This document shows positions 40,577-50,122 of a DNA stretch of 64,000 nt, in pieces. Position 1 is the first letter of the stretch. The number at the start of each line of letters is the position of its first letter. The notes below the pieces were generated by a model. The model was not told the DNA's origin. It was given only the letters and a program-made list of their open reading frames with translations, and made no database searches. A program made the position numbers and the translations under genes. The stretch is from an uncultured delta proteobacterium (GTDB lineage Bacteria; Desulfobacterota; Desulfobacteria; Desulfobacterales; JAHEIW01). The stretch lies in NCBI GenBank assembly GCA_963706575.1, contig CAVPNL010000004.1:320001-384000 (forward strand), given 5' to 3'.

Positions 40577-40856
40577 TGAGAATATCACCAAACCGGGAGA
40601 TTTGTGATATCATTTTTATTTGGTTGATATGGAAACATTTTTATGGCTTCAAAAATCTTTGATAAGTTGGAGCAACCGCGTTCGGAGTCAAGTTTTAATT
40701 TTGCTACCAGAGTGTTTGGTCGCGAAGCATCGCATTTGCGATTATCAGCAATTTACGCATACAGGCGGTGGCCGCCATTTACCGGCAGCAATCAGCCGTT
40801 GATAAAACCCCTTAAATCGAGGTCGTCTCTACTTCACAATTTTTTTGAATTATATT

Positions 40857-41756
40857 TTATTCTTGCCGCCTACCTAATATTAATGCTCTGGAGAAGCCAG
40901 CTTGACCTGCTATAGTTCCTTTAAAAGATTGACCATCTGAAGAAAGTTGCAGCTTAAGAAAATATGTAGACGCATTATCACCTTTTAATTTTCCCTCGAA
41001 ATTACTCCCAACAACCTTCCCCTTAATATTAAATAAAGAATCTTCGGTGGATAGCACCGTGTTGTCACTTTGCTTTAAGGCCCATGTGCCTGTTGTATTA
41101 CGGTATCCGCTAACTATCCATTTCCCGCTCCAGGGTTCGATTGGGTTCACTTTAGCAGGAGAAAAGGCCGCGATGGGCTTGTCGGCTGTCTTTTCAGGTA
41201 GCCTTTTAGGCTTAACAACATAGCCCAGTGACTCAATTTGGCCTTTCAGATCCTCAGCCACATCATTGGCAACATCTTTAAAAACAGTCTTCCAGGCGCC
41301 AATTGTATATCCCCCTCCGGCAACGACTTCGCGACTTGCTATAGCCGATCCGACCTTATTGTTTTTGTCATCCTTTAATTCACATCGAATCGATAATTCA
41401 GTGGCTCCCCATCCGGGCATCACCCAGCGTTTAAAGGCACTGCCCTTTTTGTAGCCGACGATTCTGCTTTCCATAATCAAAGCAGGTTCCTTCCCCCCTA
41501 ACCACAGCAAGTCTTCTTCAAGAAGCTGATCCTCCAGTGCATCAGCCAGCATCTCTTCAATATCAATATCAAAGTCGAATCCGGTATCATTGACAACTTT
41601 ATCCACCTTAATGCTCACATCCTCTTTGGGAATATACGCTTTATTTAACTTTACCTGGTGCTGAACATTGGCACATCCTCCACAAATAAGGGTCAAAAAT
41701 CCAATCAAAAAGATGCCCATCACGATTTTTGCATAATTACTCTCTGAAACTTTCAT
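40857..41756 (-). CDS. Lipoprotein (DUF4410-like) with C-terminal domain shared with the caspase
   Basis: Lipobox-like GGC, YKKGSAFKRW...PGWG motif; C-terminal ~90 aa similar to the caspase C-terminus. Confidence 0.75.
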   Translation of the reverse strand: MKVSESNYAKIVMGIFLIGFLTLICGGCANVQHQVKLNKAYIPKEDVSIKVDKVVNDTGFDFDIDIEEMLADALEDQLLEEDLLWLGGKEPALIMESRIVGYKKGSAFKRWVMPGWGATELSIRCELKDDKNNKVGSAIASREVVAGGGYTIGAWKTVFKDVANDVAEDLKGQIESLGYVVKPKRLPEKTADKPIAAFSPAKVNPIEPWSGKWIVSGYRNTTGTWALKQSDNTVLSTEDSLFNIKGKVVGSNFEGKLKGDNASTYFLKLQLSSDGQSFKGTIAGQAGFSRALILGRRQE

Positions 41757-42078
41757 TAGTCTTCTCCCAATTGTTCATTAAAGGTTTTTTGGGATTTCGA
41801 TTTAATAAACATCTTAGGAAGCCAGGCTGAATAGAGCATCAGAAATGTCGGGCCGGTTTAACAGGCAAAAATCAGCAAAATATAGAATTGAGAGCAAGTA
41901 TAGAGCGCAGATTCAATACAGGCAGCCGGTGAGCTTACCATTAATCACATGATATTTTAAAACATATGAAAATTTCAAGATAAATCCAATTGTGAGATCG
42001 TTAGCTGAGTAACCATAAGTGGCCAATATTGCAGATATGAAACGGATATCATAAAATTCAGGCATTCAGCTGGAGAGC

Positions 42079-42180
42079 AGTATTTGCTTACCGGAGGTCC
42101 GCCTGAAGCGGATTGAAGGATTTGAAGCGAGGCACCAGCAAAGATATCGGGTCAAAGGACATTTTTAAGCTGGCTTATAG
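42079..42180. mobile_element. Second half of the split MITE family B
   Basis: aggatttgaagcgaggcaccagcaaagatatcgggtcaaaggacatttttaagctgg matches the reverse complement of the left end of the 27753 copy. Confidence 0.75.
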
Positions 42181-42200
42181 CGCTCTTCGTTCAATATGAT

Positions 42201-42518
42201 TTAAAGGGGTTCAATAAAAACCCACAGTTTTCCCCCGCAGACATCTCCCCCTTTGGTACCCAGATCATCGGTGAGGTCGATTTCAAGGATCTGGGGCTTT
42301 TGGGTGACCAGTGTGCTGCGTAAAGCGGCACTGCGAGCCTGGCTTTCGCCGCAGCCGCCCCCGATCGTTCCATAGGTCGTGCCATCCATACATATGATCA
42401 TTTTTGCGCCAGGCTCCCTTGGTGTGGAACCCGCCGTTTCGATGATCGTGGCAAGGCAAACCGTTATCTCCCTTTCCTTTAGCTCCATTAATTTTTTAAA
42501 GATTTCCAGATCATTCAT
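42201..42518 (-). CDS. XdhC/CoxI family protein (N-terminal domain only)
   Basis: GSTPREPGAKM, GTIGGGCGE, VCGG. Confidence 0.85.
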   Translation of the reverse strand: MNDLEIFKKLMELKEREITVCLATIIETAGSTPREPGAKMIICMDGTTYGTIGGGCGESQARSAALRSTLVTQKPQILEIDLTDDLGTKGGDVCGGKLWVFIEPL

Positions 42519-43282
42519 AAGTCAATTCCTACCGCATTCCTTAGGGCGCGCGCCTGGGCCGGACCTTTCCTGCGAACACAGACCAGCTCGGACACAATCG
42601 ACAGGGCAATCTCTTCGGGCGACTCGGCCCCGATGGGAAGCCCGATGGGTGTGAAGACATCCTTCAACCTTGTCCGGGAAAATCCTTTTTCCGCCAGCAT
42701 TTCAAGAACGAAACGCACCCGCCTGCGGCTTCCAATGAGGCCGACATATGCGGCTTTCTTTCTCAGTATTTCAATTAAACAGTCCGCATCGTGCTCGTGG
42801 CCCCTGGTAATCACTACGACATATGTGGCCGGACTGAAATGGTAATCACGCAAAGCGGCCGTGAAATCCTCGGCAATGACGTTGCAATTTGGAAAACGAG
42901 AAGGACTGGCAAAATCAGAACGGTCGTCGATGACCGTCACCCGAAAACCCAGTCGCTGGGCAAAATGGGCTAAAGGAATGGCGATGTGACCTGCTCCGCA
43001 CAGAATTAACTCGGCATCAGGGGAGATAATATTTAGAAAAACTTTAACCCCGGCCTCCATTTCAGCCACCTGGCTCTTATTTTCCTTGAACGCTTTCTGC
43101 GCCAGGCCGGCTAAACTGGAATCCAGTTGAGTTGATCCCAGAGAACCCTCTATGGTTCCATTATCGAATACAATTGCTTTTTGGCCGGACCGGACATCAC
43201 CGATGTTTGAGGCCAAAACAGTTGCCAGACAGAAGCTTTTTTCCTTTTCTATAAGCTCAACAATTCGAACGTGAGTATCCAT
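42515..43282 (-). CDS. XdhC family Moco chaperone
   Basis: CGAGHIA, VIDDR, TRGHEHD, YVGLIGSRRR, PIGLPIGAESPEEIA. Confidence 0.9.
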   Translation of the reverse strand: MDTHVRIVELIEKEKSFCLATVLASNIGDVRSGQKAIVFDNGTIEGSLGSTQLDSSLAGLAQKAFKENKSQVAEMEAGVKVFLNIISPDAELILCGAGHIAIPLAHFAQRLGFRVTVIDDRSDFASPSRFPNCNVIAEDFTAALRDYHFSPATYVVVITRGHEHDADCLIEILRKKAAYVGLIGSRRRVRFVLEMLAEKGFSRTRLKDVFTPIGLPIGAESPEEIALSIVSELVCVRRKGPAQARALRNAVGIDL

Positions 43283-43334
43283 AAATCCACCGAATTAAGC
43301 ATTTCTTTAACTTTTTTAACCCTTCTCAAATCGA

Positions 43335-44255
43335 TTATTCTTTACCTCGATAATAACGCATGGAGTCCGTTGAGTAAATAGCAAGGGCGGTCCATATGAG
43401 AATAAAGGTTACCACCTGGGCGCTTGAGAAAGGTTCACGAAATAAAAAAACGGCCAGAATGAACATACAGCTGGGAGCGATGTACTGCAGCAGCCCCAAG
43501 GTTGACAGATACAGCCGCCGGGCGCCCAGGGTAAAACATAGTAGTGGCACCGCGGTAAGCGGTGCGCAGCCCATCAACAACAGGTCCAGTTTCAAACTGA
43601 CCCGGAAAATTGAGCCCTGGCCATGGCTATCGAGATAAAAAAGATATACTAAAGCCGGGATTGAAAGCAACAGGGTTTCCACAGTCAATCCCACCAGCGA
43701 CCCAACCGGGGCGACTTTGCGTATCAGCCCGTAAATCCCAAAGGTTACACCCAGCGTTAAGGCAATCCAGGGAAACTCACCGTAGTAAGCCGTAAGATAA
43801 ATAACGCCGGCTGTGGCCAGCGCCACGGCCAGAATCTGCAACGCTCGCAATCTTTCTTTAAGAAAAACCACTCCCAGCACCACATTGACCAGAGGATTGA
43901 TGTAATAGCCCAGGCTGGCCTGTAACAGGTGGTCACTGTTGATCGCCCAGATATACAGCAGCCAGTTGCCGCCGATAATCAGGGCGGTAAAGAAAAGTAT
44001 GAGCAGGGTGCGGGTGTTTTTCAAGGCATCGATAAGTTCCCGCCCGCGCCGCATCATAATTATCAACGGTAACAGAAAGATAAACGACCAGACGATGCGG
44101 TGCAAAATGATCTCAAACGCCGGAACCGCCCGCATCGCTTTCCAGTATATCGGGCTGATCCCCCAGATCAAAAATGCCGAGGATGCATACACCACCCCTA
44201 ATATCGTATCCGAGTGGAGATTGGGTTTTGTTGTTTTGGATATAATCGACTTCAT
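43335..44255 (-). CDS. rarD: EamA-family transporter RarD
   Basis: EIILHRIVWS, NWLLYIWA, ASLGYYINPLVNV, YGLIRK, LQYIAP. Confidence 0.92.
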   Translation of the reverse strand: MKSIISKTTKPNLHSDTILGVVYASSAFLIWGISPIYWKAMRAVPAFEIILHRIVWSFIFLLPLIIMMRRGRELIDALKNTRTLLILFFTALIIGGNWLLYIWAINSDHLLQASLGYYINPLVNVVLGVVFLKERLRALQILAVALATAGVIYLTAYYGEFPWIALTLGVTFGIYGLIRKVAPVGSLVGLTVETLLLSIPALVYLFYLDSHGQGSIFRVSLKLDLLLMGCAPLTAVPLLCFTLGARRLYLSTLGLLQYIAPSCMFILAVFLFREPFSSAQVVTFILIWTALAIYSTDSMRYYRGKE

Positions 44256-44313
44256 TTGATAGAAAGAACCGGTCGGGATAAATCCCAATGTTGTTGTCTT
44301 AGCGATGATGACA

Positions 44314-44388
44314 CGTGGGAGTGGCTTCCAGCCACGATTGTCAATATTGGCCCGGCTGTGCCAATCGCGGCTAAAAGCCGCTCCCACA
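44314..44388. repeat. Inverted REP pair
   Basis: gtgggagtggcttccagccacga...tcgcggctaaaagccgctcccac. Confidence 0.75.
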
Positions 44389-44634
44389 ACCCAATAATTT
44401 TTTAGGCCAACAGTATTGGAGATAACCCTGCTCCAAAATGGTTCGAAGAGGTGTATATTTATATTTGTTTTGCAGGCACCATACTCCAGCGCTATAACAG
44501 CGTCAATCGACTTTTTAATGCGGTCGAAAAGAGATTTGACTTTAAAATATGAATCCCCTATTTATCGTACCAGCAGCAGATTCACAAATTAGATAAGCGG
44601 AAATAACCTGCCGCAGTTCGGTTCATAAAATATA

Positions 44635-44716
44635 ACCACAAAGATCACGAAGCGCACAAAGAAAAGCATCTAAAAAAATCTTTTATACCCTTTGTGAACT
44701 TCGTGCCTTCGTGGTT
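44635..44716. repeat. Inverted 9-mer array (CACGAAG/CTTCGTG)
   Basis: aaccacaaagatcacgaagcgcacaaag...ctttgtgaacttcgtgccttcgtggtt; related elements at 8374-8449 and 45762-45850. Confidence 0.65.
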
Positions 44717-44783
44717 AAAATAAATTGTCCCAAACAGCACCTTTTTTTATGCCTAAAATCAAAAACGATTAAAGGAGACCCGT

Positions 44784-45749
44784 ATGATTGAAACAAAGAT
44801 AACCCGAATGCTGGGAATCAAGTATCCGATTATCGGCGGTACCATGATGTGGATCAGCAATGCCGATTTTGTGGCCGCCATTTCCAATGCCGGCGGCCTG
44901 GGGGTTCTCGCCTCGGCGATGTATGATTCCCGGGAGGCTTTTGCAGATGCCATTGACCGCATCAGGACGCTGACCGACAAACCGTTTTCCGTCAACATCA
45001 ATCTGTTTCCCGCCATGCGCCAGATGGACAATGATGTCTACATGGAGGTGCTGGAAGAAAAAGAAGTGAAAATCGTAGAGACATCCGGTCATTCGGCGCC
45101 CGAGGAATTATGTCAACGCTTCAAAAAGGCCGGCATGACATGGATTCACAAATGTGTGGGGGTAAGGTATGCGCAAAAAGTCCAGGATCTGGGGGCGGAT
45201 ATCGTGACCGTGGTCGGCTATGAAAACGGAGGGGCCACCGGCAAACTCGACATCGGCACACTGGTCCTGGTTCCGGCCGTGGTGGATGCGGTTCAGATAC
45301 CGGTCATCGGCGGCGGCGGCGTCTCTGACGGCCGCAGCTTAATGGCAATCCTGTCGCTGGGGGCTGAAGCCGTCATCATGGGTACACGGCTGCTGGTGAC
45401 CGAGGAATGCCCGATTCATGACAACCTGAAAAACGCCCTGATCGGCACCAGCGAACTGGACACCACTCTGATCATGCGATCCCTGAATGCCACCCACCGG
45501 GTCTGGCGCAATGCAGCGGCCGATAATTGCACCAATCTGGAAGCCTGCGGTGCGGATTTTCCTGAAATCCTGGAGGTCGTTTCCGGCCTGCGGGCCAAGA
45601 AAATGTACGATGAAGGCGATCTGGATGAAGGGATCCTGGCCTGCGGGCAGGGCATATGCTTTGCCAGAGAAATTCTGCCGATAAAAACGCTTTTTGACCG
45701 CATGATGTCTCAGGCGGAGGAAATCCGAAATAAGATGCAAGCCGCCTGA
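44784..45749 (+). CDS. Nitronate monooxygenase / FabK-like flavoenzyme
   Basis: YPIIGG, AISNAGGLG, GYENGG, PVIGGGGVSDGR, MGTR. Confidence 0.88.
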   Translation: MIETKITRMLGIKYPIIGGTMMWISNADFVAAISNAGGLGVLASAMYDSREAFADAIDRIRTLTDKPFSVNINLFPAMRQMDNDVYMEVLEEKEVKIVETSGHSAPEELCQRFKKAGMTWIHKCVGVRYAQKVQDLGADIVTVVGYENGGATGKLDIGTLVLVPAVVDAVQIPVIGGGGVSDGRSLMAILSLGAEAVIMGTRLLVTEECPIHDNLKNALIGTSELDTTLIMRSLNATHRVWRNAAADNCTNLEACGADFPEILEVVSGLRAKKMYDEGDLDEGILACGQGICFAREILPIKTLFDRMMSQAEEIRNKMQAA

Positions 45750-45909
45750 AATAAAAGAGCCTCACGCAAAGACGCTAAAAAACCTGCACGCAAAGTTAAA
45801 AAATATCAAACATCCTGTTTTCCCTTGGCGGGCTTTGCGACTTTGCGTGAGGAAATGTAAAAGTTTCATAGTTCAACATCGCATTTATTTTATACGGAAG
45901 GGATTTATT

Positions 45910-46716
45910 ATGACTGAAACATCCTGCTTTAAAGTCGAAGCAGATAACCATATCGCATGGTTGACATTAAATCGTCCTGAAAAACGCAATGTTATGGGGC
46001 TGGCCTTTTTTGATGAAATCGGCGCATGCTTTGATGACTTTGACCGTAATCCCGATATTCGTGTCGTGATCATCCGCGCCGAAGGCAAAAGCTTTTCAGC
46101 AGGCACCGATCTTGAAGAAGCCGGGACTTTGGTCAGCCAGCAATCGGCAGACGGGCGTGACAAAATGCAAAAAAGCATTTTGGCGCTTCAAGCGGGTTTT
46201 ACGAAAATCGAAAGCTGCCGCAAACCCGTCATCGCGGCAATCCACAGCCACTGTATCGGTGGCGGGATGGATCTGATCTGTGCCTGCGATATGCGTCTGG
46301 CAACAACGGATGCGATCTTCAGCATCCGCGAAACCCGAATGGGCATTGTTGCTGATCTCGGAACCCTGCAGCGTCTGCCGCATATCATCGGCCAGGGCTG
46401 GTTGCGGGAACTGGCGCTGACCGGACGCGATTTTACGGCACAGGAAGCACTGCAAATGGGGCTGGTTACACGTGTTTGCGACGATCGTCCGGCCCTTTAC
46501 AAAGCGGCTAAAAAGCTGGCGGATCAAATTGCAGCCTGCCCGCCGCTAACCGTTCAGGGGACCAAGGAGGTCATCAATTACAGCCGCGACAACGGCATCG
46601 ACGCCGGGCTGCAATATGTCGCTCAGAAAAATTCAGCAGCCCTGCCCTCAGAAGACCTTTTTGAAGCGGTGACGGCTTTTATGGAAAAAAGAGCGCCGGT
46701 ATTCAAAGGCAGATAA
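45910..46716 (+). CDS. Enoyl-CoA hydratase/isomerase (crotonase)
   Basis: LNRPEKRN, FSAGTDL, KPVIAAIHSHCIGGG, ADLGTLQRL. Confidence 0.92.
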   Translation: MTETSCFKVEADNHIAWLTLNRPEKRNVMGLAFFDEIGACFDDFDRNPDIRVVIIRAEGKSFSAGTDLEEAGTLVSQQSADGRDKMQKSILALQAGFTKIESCRKPVIAAIHSHCIGGGMDLICACDMRLATTDAIFSIRETRMGIVADLGTLQRLPHIIGQGWLRELALTGRDFTAQEALQMGLVTRVCDDRPALYKAAKKLADQIAACPPLTVQGTKEVINYSRDNGIDAGLQYVAQKNSAALPSEDLFEAVTAFMEKRAPVFKGR

Positions 46717-46717
46717 T

Positions 46718-46765
46718 GAGCGCTTCGCTTGAGGAGCACTGCGTTTAAGGAGCGCTGCGCTTAAA
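46718..46765. repeat. Three degenerate 16-bp tandem repeats
   Basis: gagcgcttcgcttgag/gagcactgcgtttaag/gagcgctgcgcttaaa. Confidence 0.55.
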
Positions 46766-46862
46766 GACAAATTAATTTTGCCTCTAACCTATAGTTCCGA
46801 CACTAGTTTACGCTCAATTGCAGCGTTTGCCAAAGGACGAATATATATGCTATATGTTACCG

Positions 46863-48344
46863 ATGGCAAAAGCTACTAGCCCCGACCTCCTTACAAATAA
46901 CGGCGATTCTATTCGGTCTCTTTCCGATCGGGATATCGCCATTTCGCCCCATATCAATAATCTTTTTAATATTCCAATCGATTTTTCCGAATTGCTTGAT
47001 GAAATTGCCATCGGGGTTGTAGTCCTGAGCCTGGAGCGCAAGATCGTTGTTATGAATCAAACCCTGAAAGCCCTTACCGGATTCAGCCAGAAGGAGTTTT
47101 GCGGTTTTGACTGCGCCCATATTCTGCGAAGCAATATTTGTCTTCACGACTGTCCGGTGTTGCGTATCGATGAAAAATCCGGTTCACGATGCATCGAAGG
47201 CAATCTTATCAACAAAGAGCGTCAATTAATTCCTATCCGCATCACATCAGCGCCCTTAAAAAACATTAACGGCAAAATTATTGGATTTCTGGAAACGGTG
47301 GAAGACATCCGCCTCCTGCGGAAACTCGATGAAACGTCGAGCCATGCATACAATTTTAACAACATTGTCGGCAGAAGTCCGCAAATGGAAAAAATTTTCC
47401 AGATCCTTCCATCCCTGGCTCAGAGCGATTCATCGGTCTTAATCACAGGAGAAACCGGTACCGGCAAGGACATGGTGGCTGAAACGATCCATCACGCATC
47501 AAACCGAGCAAAGGGTCCTTTTGCCAAGATAAATTGTGGTGCATTGCCGGACACCCTTCTGGAGTCTGAATTATTCGGTCATCGTAAAGGTGCTTTTACC
47601 GGCGCCGTGGAGAATAAGCCTGGCAGAATTCAACTGGCGAATAACGGAACGCTTTACCTGACTGAAATTGGTGATCTTCCACTTGCACTTCAGGTCAAAC
47701 TGCTCACTTTCCTGGATGATAAAGAGGTTTTTCCTTTAGGCAGCATCAAAGGGTTTACCGCCGACGTACGCATCATTGCAGCCACCCACCGCAATCTCGA
47801 AGAGATGGTCAGTGGCGGCCGATTTCGAAAAGATCTTTTATTCAGACTAAACGTAATCCGACTTCATCTACCCCCATTGCGCGATCGACATGGTGATATT
47901 CAGCTGTTATTGGATCATTTTTTGAATACCCTTTCAACCCAGTTGGGGAAAAAAACTCACGTCCTGTCGCGCAAGGCATTAAAAATTTTGCTGACTTACA
48001 ATTATCCGGGAAACGTAAGAGAGCTGAAAAATATCATTGAGTATGCGATAAATATCTGTGGCGATCGACAAATTAAAACCAAACACCTGCCCTCCTATTT
48101 GATGGAACCGGATCCGTTCGATGTCCCTGATGCCGGACAACCGCCGGTCTCCCCTCTCGCCTCAAATACCGGTGCAATCAGTTTTATTCGATCCGAATCC
48201 GACCAGAACTGGCCCGACATTGAAAAACGAATGATAATGGAGGCCCTGATCCAAGCAGGCGGGCGCAAAAACAAAGCCGCAGCTTCACTGGGCTGGGCCA
48301 GAAGCACTCTTTGGCGCAAAATGAGCCAATACGGTATACGTTGA
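46863..48344 (+). CDS. PAS-domain sigma54-dependent transcriptional activator
   Basis: GETGTGKD, ESELFGH.KGAFTGA, YPGNVREL, C-terminal HTH; start uncertain. Confidence 0.93.
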   Translation: MAKATSPDLLTNNGDSIRSLSDRDIAISPHINNLFNIPIDFSELLDEIAIGVVVLSLERKIVVMNQTLKALTGFSQKEFCGFDCAHILRSNICLHDCPVLRIDEKSGSRCIEGNLINKERQLIPIRITSAPLKNINGKIIGFLETVEDIRLLRKLDETSSHAYNFNNIVGRSPQMEKIFQILPSLAQSDSSVLITGETGTGKDMVAETIHHASNRAKGPFAKINCGALPDTLLESELFGHRKGAFTGAVENKPGRIQLANNGTLYLTEIGDLPLALQVKLLTFLDDKEVFPLGSIKGFTADVRIIAATHRNLEEMVSGGRFRKDLLFRLNVIRLHLPPLRDRHGDIQLLLDHFLNTLSTQLGKKTHVLSRKALKILLTYNYPGNVRELKNIIEYAINICGDRQIKTKHLPSYLMEPDPFDVPDAGQPPVSPLASNTGAISFIRSESDQNWPDIEKRMIMEALIQAGGRKNKAAASLGWARSTLWRKMSQYGIR

Positions 48345-48676
48345 TGGCCTCAAAAAAGATCCTTATTCCTTTATATGAAAATGATGTGGCCCCTCGATTT
48401 GATCTGGCAACAGAGGTTCTGATCGTTACCCATCATGGAAAAGCCGGTTCAGGGGATAAAAGGATGGTGGTCCTGCCGCGAGCGTCGGCAGACAAGCTTT
48501 GCCATCTAATTATCACTGAAAATATCCAGACCGTTATCTGCAGTGGCATCGAGGATGATTACTATCAGTATCTTACCTGGAAGAGGATTGAAGTGATCGA
48601 TTCCGTAGTTGGATCAAGCAATTCGGCCCTGAAGCGCTATTTCAAAAGAAAACTCAAACCGGGTGATATCTTATAA
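48344..48676 (+). CDS. NifB/NifX-like (FeMo-cofactor domain) small protein
   Basis: VAPRFDLA, VICSGI; ATG overlaps the activator stop. Confidence 0.75.
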   Translation: MASKKILIPLYENDVAPRFDLATEVLIVTHHGKAGSGDKRMVVLPRASADKLCHLIITENIQTVICSGIEDDYYQYLTWKRIEVIDSVVGSSNSALKRYFKRKLKPGDIL

Positions 48677-48946
48677 CAAGCCTTTATTCATCCATAATTC
48701 ACAGCAATTGAAAAAACCTGAGACAGGTAGTCGGTAGCGTTTTCAATGCATCTCCGCGGGCCCTTATTTTTTTCGGAGTCATACGACTAATTCGCGGCTG
48801 AATGTTAAAAATATGGCGAATTATGTTTTAAAATGTATTATTTTGTAGCTATTGATATGATTTAATATGATTTATATCGTTTCAGTAGCATCCCGTCCTT
48901 CCTTCCATCCGTATAAAACTATCTGAAATTATAGCATAAATTATTT

Positions 48947-48963
48947 TTGGCACATGTCTTGCT
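48947..48963 (+). promoter_or_regulatory. Sigma54 promoter
   Basis: TTGGCAC-ATGTC-TTGCT exact -24/-12, immediately after a bEBP gene. Confidence 0.85.
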
Positions 48964-49003
48964 GATGCATAGGACCTGTTGTTTTAAAAAGGCGAATAGA
49001 ACA

Positions 49004-49381
49004 ATGGGTATCCGCATATTGATAATTGAAGCCGAAAATCGCTTTCGTAAAAATCTTTACCAGTGTTTGCAAAAAAAGGGATTTACGGTGGATAAGGTCA
49101 CACCAGAAGACGATGTGGAGACGATCGTTGCCAGAGAAAAAATTGATGTCGTTCTGCTGGGAGTAGATGGTTTGGGTATGGAAGGGTTGGCATTGATCCG
49201 GCCACTCAAAACCATCAGTCCCATGACCGAAATTATCATCATAAACGACTCCAACCACATGGATCTTTCCATAGAAGGGATGGATCTGGGTGTTTTTGAT
49301 GATTTCCTGATTCCATTGGATATCGATTTGTTGGTCAAACGCATCCGGGAGGCTGTCGGGCGGCAAGATCAAAGTGAATAA
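49004..49381 (+). CDS. Degenerate (pseudo-)receiver domain protein
   Basis: Receiver fold, but LIIEAE, VLLGV and FLIP replace the conserved DD, D and KP. Confidence 0.75.
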   Translation: MGIRILIIEAENRFRKNLYQCLQKKGFTVDKVTPEDDVETIVAREKIDVVLLGVDGLGMEGLALIRPLKTISPMTEIIIINDSNHMDLSIEGMDLGVFDDFLIPLDIDLLVKRIREAVGRQDQSE

Positions 49382-49489
49382 CATTGATTTGGCAAACACC
49401 GAAAGCAAGACGGGTTGGAACCGGACTGAAGTTGCGAATGCGATATGGGTTTCACCTGTAATGACGGTCGAATTATTAGGAGCCTTGAT

Positions 49490-50038
49490 ATGAAAACGAT
49501 AGCGGTAAGAGAATTAATGGTGCCCCTGGAAGATTATGCAACGGTTTCTGTGGATGCGACGCTGCGTGAGGCGGTCCTTGCTCTGGAAAAGGCACAACAG
49601 GCACTTGATGCGTCTCGGCATAAACATCGCGCCATACTGGTGCTGGATGAAAGCGGGAAAGTTGTGAGTAAAATAACCATGAAAGACATCCTGGTCGCCC
49701 TGGAGCCCAATTACGGAAAAGTGGAAGGGATGGGGGTTTTGGAGCGATCCGGATACAGTCCGGATTTGATCAAGGACATGCTCGAAGACAACGCACTGTG
49801 GGCGGAACCGTTGCAGTTTTTTGCTAAACGGGCCACCAAGCTGAAGGTGGCTGATTTTATTCAAACACCATCTGAAGGTGAATATATTGATGAAAATGCC
49901 ACGCTGGGAGAGGCCACCCATCAGTTGATTGCTTATCCTTATCATTCTCTGCTGGTGACCAAAGATGATGAGGTGGTGGGGATATTGAGGCTGTCTGACG
50001 TTTTTACAAAAGTTTGCGATATCATTGCAGGCGGTTGA
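49490..50038 (+). CDS. CBS domain protein
   Basis: VRELMVPLEDYATV, HRAILVLD, VVGILRLSDVF. Confidence 0.85.
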   Translation: MKTIAVRELMVPLEDYATVSVDATLREAVLALEKAQQALDASRHKHRAILVLDESGKVVSKITMKDILVALEPNYGKVEGMGVLERSGYSPDLIKDMLEDNALWAEPLQFFAKRATKLKVADFIQTPSEGEYIDENATLGEATHQLIAYPYHSLLVTKDDEVVGILRLSDVFTKVCDIIAGG

Positions 50039-50122
50039 CGCTGAATTTAGGCAGAATCAAAGGGCGTGCGAGATTTATTAGAAGCCAAATTTTAATGTGA
50101 CACTTAACTTAGGAGTTTTTTG

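Noticed and set aside
39171..41140. Possible DGR template/variable repeat pair
   Set aside because: Differences are not adenine-specific and include indels, both copies are coding, and no reverse transcriptase is present.
46718..46765. CRISPR-like repeats (also 3601-3663)
   Set aside because: Units are too short, have no spacers, and no cas genes are present.
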